Shown piece by piece: positions 18,488 to 24,000 of a stretch of DNA of 24,000 nt (the stretch's first letter is position 1; the number at the start of each line of letters is the position of its first letter). The notes beneath the pieces were generated by a model. It searched no databases, was not told where the DNA came from, and saw only the letters and a list, made by a program, of their open reading frames with translations. Made by a program: the position numbers and the translations under genes. The stretch covers positions 4,113 to 28,112 of the forward strand of contig NZ_NIBG01000008.1 in assembly GCF_002270055.1 (NCBI RefSeq), in the 5' to 3' direction. This stretch comes from Anaeromicrobium sediminis. GTDB lineage: Bacteria; Bacillota; Clostridia; Peptostreptococcales; Thermotaleaceae.

Positions 18488-18500
18488 AATATTAATTTTA

Positions 18501-18532
18501 AAAGGTACAGTTAATCATCTAACTGTACCTTT
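18501..18532. terminator. Bidirectional terminator between psuG (+) and the LRR gene (-)
   Basis: 12-bp stem aaaggtacagtt / aactgtaccttt with an 8-nt loop, 14 nt after the psuG stop and 5 nt after the LRR gene stop. Confidence 0.65.
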
Positions 18533-18536
18533 ATCT

Positions 18537-20036
18537 TTACTTAACTATATGGACTTTTTTATCTTCTGGGAACCACATTACGTCAGCCCCTAATTTTTCT
18601 GATACATATCTTAATGGTACTAGAGTTCTTCCTTCTATTATGGTTGGTGCAATATTAAAACCTTCTATCTTTTTATCTATTGTCATGCTTATTTTTTGTC
18701 CATCTAATTCTATTATTACTTTTCTTGTTTCTTCGTTCCATCCTACTGTTGCTCCCAGATTTTCCGCTATAAATCTTATAGGTACCATAGTTCTATTGTT
18801 TATAATTTGTGGTGCCACATGGTTGTTCTTACTTTTATTATTTACTAGAATTTCATTCTTTCCTATTTCTAAATATATGTTTATCTTATTATCTTTAGAG
18901 TTAGTAACCCAAACTTCATATATTCTTCCTTCAACAGAAAAATCTAATTCTTTCTTATGAATTGTCCCTGGTGTATTTTTACTATTTAGATGATTATTAT
19001 CTATATTAAAGTATTGTAATTTCTCTATTTTTCCTAAGTTACTGATATATTTTGTTTTATCATCTTCTAAATATGATTTCTTTAATTTTACAAACTCACC
19101 TATACTACTAATATCTTTTATTTCATTATCTTTCAAATATAATCTTTTTAGTTTTATAAGTTTATCTAAGGAACTTATATCACTTATTTCATTATTCCTT
19201 GCATCTAGGGTTTCTAATTTTAATAAATCTCTAATACTGCTTATATCCTCGATTTTATTATTTTGTAAATATAATGTTTCTAGATTTATTAAGTTTTTTA
19301 AATACTTTAGATTCTTTACTTTATTAGAGTCTATATCTAAATCCTGTAATTTATTTAATTTACTTATGCTTTTTATAGATTCTAATTCATTATAACTTAA
19401 ATTTAAATAAGTTAAATTTTTTAATGGTTCTATACTATTTATGTTTTTTATATGATTATTTCCAAGATTTAAATAGGTCAATTTCGTTAAGTCACTTAAA
19501 TAATCAACATTCTTAATTTCATTTTTATTTAAATTTAAGTATGTTAATTTATCTAGTTCACATACCACATCAATTTCTATTATATGATTATCTTCTAGAT
19601 CTAAGTATTCTATCTTCTTTAACTTACTTAAACTATTTATTTCACCTATATGATTTCCACTTAATTTTAATATTTCAAGATTTATCAATTCACTTAAGGG
19701 GCTTATATCCTTTATACCATTTTCTCTAAGATCTATATGCTTTAAATTAGTAAAATACTGTAATCCACTTATATTTGAAATTCTTTTGTTATACAAATCT
19801 ATAGAAATTATGTTTTTTGCCTCATCTATTGATATATCTCCATCTTTATTTTTATCTACACCAGCATTTATAAAAGCTTTTTTTAAATCTTCATCGACAA
19901 AATAGATTTTATCCTTTGATTCACTATTATAAACTTTATTTGTAACTGTGTCACTCTTACTACCTTCTCCATAAATAAATATACTTTGTTGAGAAAATAC
20001 AATACTAAATATAATTATTAATATAATTCTTTTCAT
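18537..20036 (-). CDS. Secreted leucine-rich-repeat protein with C-terminal copper-amine-oxidase-N-like (stalk) repeats
   Basis: 499 aa. It has an N-terminal signal peptide, an EF-hand/dockerin-like loop DKNKDGDISIDE, and twelve in-phase 22-residue LRRs. The C-terminus carries two VP[IL]R[FY]..E.LGA.V.W motifs typical of the Cu_amine_oxidN1 domain. SD AAGGAGGG is present. Confidence 0.9.
   Translation of the reverse strand: MKRIILIIIFSIVFSQQSIFIYGEGSKSDTVTNKVYNSESKDKIYFVDEDLKKAFINAGVDKNKDGDISIDEAKNIISIDLYNKRISNISGLQYFTNLKHIDLRENGIKDISPLSELINLEILKLSGNHIGEINSLSKLKKIEYLDLEDNHIIEIDVVCELDKLTYLNLNKNEIKNVDYLSDLTKLTYLNLGNNHIKNINSIEPLKNLTYLNLSYNELESIKSISKLNKLQDLDIDSNKVKNLKYLKNLINLETLYLQNNKIEDISSIRDLLKLETLDARNNEISDISSLDKLIKLKRLYLKDNEIKDISSIGEFVKLKKSYLEDDKTKYISNLGKIEKLQYFNIDNNHLNSKNTPGTIHKKELDFSVEGRIYEVWVTNSKDNKINIYLEIGKNEILVNNKSKNNHVAPQIINNRTMVPIRFIAENLGATVGWNEETRKVIIELDGQKISMTIDKKIEGFNIAPTIIEGRTLVPLRYVSEKLGADVMWFPEDKKVHIVK
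18990..19781 (-). repeat. 12 x 66-nt (22-aa) coding LRR repeats
   Basis: Residues 86-349 parse without gaps into 12 units of the pattern Ix(D/N)IsxLxxLxxLxxLxLxxNx. Confidence 0.85.
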
Positions 20037-20100
20037 TTTATATGCCCTCCTTTTAGGCCTTTAATCAATACAAATTGTTAATCATGAAAATTCATTCAGT

Positions 20101-20109
20101 ATTATAGCA
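20101..20109 (-). promoter_or_regulatory. Candidate extended -10 promoter element for the LRR gene
   Basis: The minus strand reads TGcTATAAT about 65 nt upstream of the ATG. No convincing -35 box is present. Confidence 0.35.
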
Positions 20110-20188
20110 TATATAAGATTTGTTTTTTGTAAATATTTGTAATTTATTCCAATCTATCTTCATCAATGTTTTGTCTCTTTTAACAGGA

Positions 20189-20761
20189 TTAAGGGCGGTT
20201 TTTTATATAAAACTTTAAAATTTTATCTATATAGGATCTTTTAATTTGTGGCACAACTATAGTATATTCCTTATCTTTATAAGATAGTAATAAATTATTA
20301 CTATGATCATCCTCCCAGGGAGCTCTTTCTTCTTTCCATATAAAAGCTTTTATATGATTAAATTCTAAAATTTCTCCACACCACACGATTCCACCTTCAT
20401 ATAAATATATTCTTCTTTCAAAGTCTAAGGTATTGATTATTACAAGGGGAAAAAATATTGCAACAGTCAAATTAAATTCCTCTCCTTGAAAAAGATATAA
20501 ATAAATACTTATAATAAAACAAATACTTATTATAATCACCATAGCCCATCTAAAATATCTGTATACTACAGGATTTTCAATATAATAATTAGGTTTTGGT
20601 AAAGCCTTCTTTCTTTTATCTATTATTCTTATAATAACTGCACACCATAACAGTCCTAATCCTATACCTACAGCCATAATATTTTCTCTATAGAAAAAAT
20701 ATATTATTAACATTACTAATGGAGCCACCATATTTATAATATATTTAATTTTCTCTGTCAT
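20189..20761 (-). CDS. Uncharacterised 4-TM membrane protein with about 75-aa soluble C-terminal domain (paralog 1)
   Basis: 190 aa. The start overlaps the upstream paralog by 17 nt. SD GGTGGA lies 7 nt upstream of the ATG. Confidence 0.8.
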   Translation of the reverse strand: MTEKIKYIINMVAPLVMLIIYFFYRENIMAVGIGLGLLWCAVIIRIIDKRKKALPKPNYYIENPVVYRYFRWAMVIIISICFIISIYLYLFQGEEFNLTVAIFFPLVIINTLDFERRIYLYEGGIVWCGEILEFNHIKAFIWKEERAPWEDDHSNNLLLSYKDKEYTIVVPQIKRSYIDKILKFYIKNRP

Positions 20762-21311
20762 TTACAATTCCACCTATATTATCCTTGAGTATACTCTCCA
20801 CCTCTACTCTCTTTTTCCATGGAACATACATCTGAATTTCATTGTCTTCATATTCAATTTCCATATAGCAAATATCTTGTTTTTTCCAATTAAATGATTT
20901 CATTTTTCTAAACTCATATATATTTCTATCTATAACTAATCCATCCTTATAAAAATATCTATAATATGTTTGATCTAAAAATAGATATATCATCAAAGGA
21001 ACATTCATTATAGAAGTTAATACAAATTCACTAACATCATTCTCTATAAAAGATTTTATAACTATAGAAAAATATAATAATGCAACAATACCTATACAAA
21101 TTCTTAGTACAGATATTCTTTTTATATAATAAATCCCCTTTGGCAGTGGATTTTTTACTATATTAGCAACCTTTTTTATGAGTATATACAAAATACATAT
21201 GCACTCTATTTTATAAGCCACAGGGTTATCCCTGTAAAAAAATATTACTACCATAAAAATTATTATAGCTGCCATATCTATTATAGTTTTTATTTTACCT
21301 AATATTTTCAT
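20745..21311 (-). CDS. Uncharacterised 4-TM membrane protein with about 75-aa soluble C-terminal domain (paralog 2)
   Basis: 188 aa, collinear with paralog 1 (shared FFYR-N, LPK--YYI, EF-LT, PL-I...LD, Y-Y--G-V, I-EF---K-F-WK). SD GGGGGAAG lies upstream. Confidence 0.8.
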   Translation of the reverse strand: MKILGKIKTIIDMAAIIIFMVVIFFYRDNPVAYKIECICILYILIKKVANIVKNPLPKGIYYIKRISVLRICIGIVALLYFSIVIKSFIENDVSEFVLTSIMNVPLMIYLFLDQTYYRYFYKDGLVIDRNIYEFRKMKSFNWKKQDICYMEIEYEDNEIQMYVPWKKRVEVESILKDNIGGIVNDREN

Positions 21312-21402
21312 CTATCTTCCCCCATCTATATCTAACTAATTTAATAATAATCCACTATATAGTTATACATACCTAGCATAAAATTCATACAAAGCACTGT
21401 TC

Positions 21403-21431
21403 ATTATAGAAAATATACTTTATTATAGCAA
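21403..21431 (-). promoter_or_regulatory. Candidate promoter for the paralog pair
   Basis: Minus strand: TTGCTA (21426-21431), 17-nt spacer, TATAAT (21403-21408). It lies about 90 nt upstream of the paralog 2 ATG. Confidence 0.55.
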
Positions 21432-21530
21432 CACTTCATTTTCCAAATAATGGTTTTAGTATATCATATAGTTGCTATATATCTAAACAAAATATTATTA
21501 GTAAAGGAGTTTAATGAAAACTGGGCACAA

Positions 21531-21568
21531 CAATAAAAAATGAGGAGTTTAATACTCCTCATTTTTTA
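21531..21568 (-). terminator. recX terminator
   Basis: Stem atgaggag (21540-21547) / ctcctcat (21555-21562), extended by A/T runs, followed on the minus strand by UUUUUAUU. The recX stop codon lies in the 7-nt loop. Confidence 0.8.
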
Positions 21569-22184
21569 ATACTCTATTTAATACTCTTTTTACCAGTTCA
21601 AAATCGTATCCCCTATATACTAGGAACCTTCCAATCTTTTCATATAATTTTCTTTTATCAGTATCTTTTAAATTACTCTTTTTCTTATAAGCTAGTTCTA
21701 AGGCATTTTCAAATTCTATTTCTTCATCTAGGTTTTCGTCTATTTCCTCTTCTATTATACTATCAGATACTCCCTTTTTATATAAATCCCTCTTAACTCG
21801 GTTTTTCCCTAATTTCTTACTATTCACCTTACTTTTTATCATGTTTTTAGCTAATCTATTATCATTTATAAAATCATATTTTTTCAAAAACTCTAAAACC
21901 CTATTTATAGTTTTATCTTCAAAGTCATTTTTCTTAAGTTTATCTACAATCTCTTTTTCACTTTTAGAAGAAAATTTTAGTATATTAAGGGCCTTACTTT
22001 TAGCCTTAATATAACTTTCTTCTTCTACTATTTCTTTTAATCTATCTTCATTAATAGTTTGTCCTTTTCTTATATAAAGGCTATATATTATTTCATCTTT
22101 TACACTCATAGAAAACTTTTCATCTATGTATATGTTTATTCGTCCCTTACTATTGCTAGTTTCTAATTTAGTTATAATTCCCAT
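21549..22184 (-). CDS. recX: RecA regulator RecX
   Basis: About 211 aa with the typical three-fold helical-repeat RecX pattern (...KALNILKFSSKSEKEIVDKLKK..F.DKTINRVLEFLKKYDFINDNRLA...). I prefer the ATG at 22184 (SD GGGGA 6 nt upstream, 2 nt after the upstream stop) over the ORF-track GTG at 22202. Confidence 0.9.
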   Translation of the reverse strand: MGIITKLETSNSKGRINIYIDEKFSMSVKDEIIYSLYIRKGQTINEDRLKEIVEEESYIKAKSKALNILKFSSKSEKEIVDKLKKNDFEDKTINRVLEFLKKYDFINDNRLAKNMIKSKVNSKKLGKNRVKRDLYKKGVSDSIIEEEIDENLDEEIEFENALELAYKKKSNLKDTDKRKLYEKIGRFLVYRGYDFELVKRVLNRVLKNEEY

Positions 22185-22186
22185 AA

Positions 22187-22636
22187 TTATTCCCCATTGC
22201 ACTGTACATTTTTATTTTTCATGCAACATCTCTTTTTTACCCTACATTTAATTGTGTCCGATCCACATTTTGGACATTCATTTTCTTGTGACTCATAGGC
22301 TTCTTCAAAATCTTTGCCACATTTTTTACAGGTATATTTGCATATATTAAAGGTATAATTTCCCCCATGTATCCTTATGGCCTTCCCCTGTGTCAAGGCC
22401 ATGGCCACCTTATTTCTAGCCTTATCTATTATTAGTTGAAATGTCTGTCTAGATACATGCATCATTTCAGCACATTCCTCTTGTGATAATTTCTCAATAT
22501 CCTTTAATCTCATAGCTTCTAATTCTTCAAACTTTAATACTATATCTTCTATATCTTCCTTCTCTGCTTTATCCGGTACAAAATACCTGTCCTCTGGCAT
22601 AAAAGAAATCTTTCTTAATTTCTTAGGCCTCGGCAT
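22187..22636 (-). CDS. DUF134/UPF0251-type predicted DNA-binding protein fused to a Cys-rich zinc-ribbon tail
   Basis: 149 aa. The N-terminus MPRPKKLRKI and a sigma-70 region-4-like HTH (LSQEECAEMMHVSRQTFQLIIDKARNKV) match my recollection of DUF134. The C-terminus YTCKKCGKDFE...CPKCGS looks like an FmdB-type CxxC...CxxC ribbon and is followed by further Cys residues. SD AAGGAGG lies 7 nt upstream. Confidence 0.82.
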   Translation of the reverse strand: MPRPKKLRKISFMPEDRYFVPDKAEKEDIEDIVLKFEELEAMRLKDIEKLSQEECAEMMHVSRQTFQLIIDKARNKVAMALTQGKAIRIHGGNYTFNICKYTCKKCGKDFEEAYESQENECPKCGSDTIKCRVKKRCCMKNKNVQCNGE

Positions 22637-22761
22637 TGCACAACCTCCTTAATTAATGCCCTTTTTTTAATTTTATGCTTATTATAAATATTTTATTGCA
22701 TAGTTAGCTTTTTATTATGCTTTATTTAATACTGATATTCCCTATATATTTTATTATAAGG

Positions 22762-22801
22762 TTAATATAAATAAAAGGCAATTTCGTAAAATTGCCTTTT
22801 A
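22762..22801 (-). terminator. Terminator of the Mrp-family gene
   Basis: 12-bp stem aaaaggcaattt (22773-22784) / aaattgcctttt (22789-22800) with a 4-nt loop, followed on the minus strand by a U-rich run. Confidence 0.75.
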
Positions 22802-22848
22802 TAACTTATTCACAATAACTAAAATGTTTACACAGGTTATAACTTTCC

Positions 22849-23625
22849 TTATATACAGCAATTTTCAACTTTAATTGCTCCTATCTTATTTTCTACCACA
22901 TGTGAAAACTTTTCACATAAGTCAAAATTGATTTTTCCAAAGACTTCAATTCTTCCTTCATCACATAACTCAGTAAAATCAGGGTTAATTGGAAAACTAT
23001 ATAATAGATCTACTCCTAATTCATTAAGTTTAGGTTCCATACCCCCTTTACCAAATATATAATGTTTCTTATCACATTCATCACAAACAAAGTAACTCAT
23101 ATTTTCTACCACACCATAAATATTAGTTCCCATTAAGTTGGCCATCTTAATAGACTTTTTAACTATTAAATTTACTAAGTCTTGAGGTGATGTAACCACT
23201 ACTACTCCATCTAATGAAACAGATTGCATAATAGTCAGTGGTACGTCTCCAGTTCCTGGTGGTAAATCAATTAATAAGTAATCTAACTCTCCCCAGTCCA
23301 CGTCTTCGTAAAATTGCTTAACCATATTTCCTACCAATGGACCTCTCCAAACTACTGGGTCATCTTCATTATCTAGCATTAAGTTTATAGATGTTACTTT
23401 AATTCCGCTTACAGTTTTAACGGGTCGTATCTTATTATCTACAGACATGATCCTTTTATTATTTATCCCAAATACCTTTGGAATAGAAGGCCCTGTAATA
23501 TCTGCATCCAATATACCTACCCTCTTACCGTTATTACTTAAGGATACAGCCATTAGTGATGTTATTGAAGATTTACCTACGCCCCCCTTACCACTCATTA
23601 TTCCTACTATTTTTCCTATGCTCAT
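22849..23625 (-). CDS. Mrp/ApbC/NBP35-family Fe-S cluster carrier ATPase
   Basis: Deviant Walker A SGKGGVGKS, MinD/ParA-like fold and the family CxxC pair (FVCDECDKK). I prefer the ATG at 23625 (SD GGAGGGG 7 nt upstream) over the ORF-track ATG at 23640. Confidence 0.92.
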   Translation of the reverse strand: MSIGKIVGIMSGKGGVGKSSITSLMAVSLSNNGKRVGILDADITGPSIPKVFGINNKRIMSVDNKIRPVKTVSGIKVTSINLMLDNEDDPVVWRGPLVGNMVKQFYEDVDWGELDYLLIDLPPGTGDVPLTIMQSVSLDGVVVVTSPQDLVNLIVKKSIKMANLMGTNIYGVVENMSYFVCDECDKKHYIFGKGGMEPKLNELGVDLLYSFPINPDFTELCDEGRIEVFGKINFDLCEKFSHVVENKIGAIKVENCCI

Positions 23626-23892
23626 TTTTAACCCCTCCATGTAATTAGCATATGCTTTTTATATCATGTGACTTTTTATATTCTTGTCAAATGCCATTTA
23701 TGTTATTCTTAATATTTTATTTTTAGAAGGAATTTGTCCTATAAAAAAAGAAAATACTTTCATAAGGACAAGTAAATAAAATTTCAAGGAGGAATTATGA
23801 AAAGTTAGTATCTAATAATTATAGTGGTTACATTAAGTCTCAACATAAGAAATAGAATAATGTTTTTTCTCAAAAATACTAGGAGGGATACT

Positions 23893-24000
23893 ATGAAAAA
23901 CGCAAATAGAAAAAAACTAGGTCACAGTGTCATATGCGCTTCTTGGCTAGCAGTATTTTGTCTCTTTGGATATAGGTCTACATTTTCCATATTATTAGGC
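23893..24000 (+). CDS. 5' end of a membrane transporter gene (MFS-like), truncated by the window edge
   Basis: SD AGGAGGG (23881-23887) precedes the ATG at 23893. The frame stays open to position 24000 and translates as MKNANRKKLGHSVICASWLAVFCLFGYRSTFSILLG, which resembles an MFS N-terminus. The family assignment is tentative. Confidence 0.55.
   Translation, partial: MKNANRKKLGHSVICASWLAVFCLFGYRSTFSILLG

Noticed and set aside
18640-19729. Plus-strand ORFs 18640-18960 and 19541-19729 inside the LRR gene
   Set aside because: They are antisense to a signal-peptide-bearing, repeat-structured CDS. Their Leu/Ile/Phe-rich translations mirror the LRR codons.
18990-19781. Regular 66-nt periodicity considered as a CRISPR array or non-coding tandem repeat
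   Set aside because: The periodicity lies entirely within one open reading frame. The units are diverged at the DNA level and encode canonical LRRs, and there is no repeat/spacer alternation.
20037-20188. c-di-GMP riboswitch upstream of the surface LRR gene (as seen for some clostridial adhesins)
   Set aside because: The leader downstream of the only plausible -10 is about 60 nt, which is too short. It also lacks the conserved GEMM helices and tetraloop-receptor features that I could recognise.
23447-23644. Plus-strand 65-aa ORF inside the Mrp-family gene
   Set aside because: It is antisense to the P-loop region. Its Pro-rich translation is the mirror of GKGGVGKS.
1-24000. Whole-window check for mobile elements, prophage, toxin-antitoxin or known defence-system signatures
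   Set aside because: No transposase, integrase, recombinase, nuclease/helicase pair, terminal inverted repeat or tRNA attachment site was recognised. The only accessory-looking stretch is 18.5-21.4 kb, which is reported as findings.

Overview
AT-rich, densely coding chromosomal segment of Firmicutes/Clostridia type. I saw no rRNA, tRNA, CRISPR array, transposase or integrase. Order of content: ilvC behind a T-box leader; a membrane GGDEF-EAL c-di-GMP enzyme; two small unknown genes; a J-protein/clpB heat-shock operon whose promoter abuts a perfect CtsR operator; a glycyl-radical enzyme cluster (activase, GRE, proC) that I read as trans-4-hydroxy-L-proline dehydratase HypD; a YerC/TrpR-like gene; a SAM-I riboswitch with metNIQ; psuK-psuG (pseudouridine catabolism); a secreted 12-repeat LRR protein; two tandem paralogous 4-TM proteins; a DUF134-type regulator with a Cys-rich zinc-ribbon tail coupled to recX; an Mrp/NBP35 ATPase; and the 5' end of an MFS-like transporter. 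The most distinctive functional system is the HypD cluster, but that chemistry is already in the literature, so it is not novel. I did not find a convincing, entirely new multi-gene system. The best unexplained signals are: (1) a roughly 200-nt hairpin-rich spacer with a 48-nt near-perfect palindrome between the S-box terminator and metN; (2) the paralogous membrane-protein pair next to the LRR gene; (3) the DUF134-zinc-ribbon/recX coupling; (4) a 181-aa internally duplicated protein; (5) a Rex-like palindrome over a candidate hypD-operon promoter. All calls come from reading the sequence and ORF track by eye, with no database searches.
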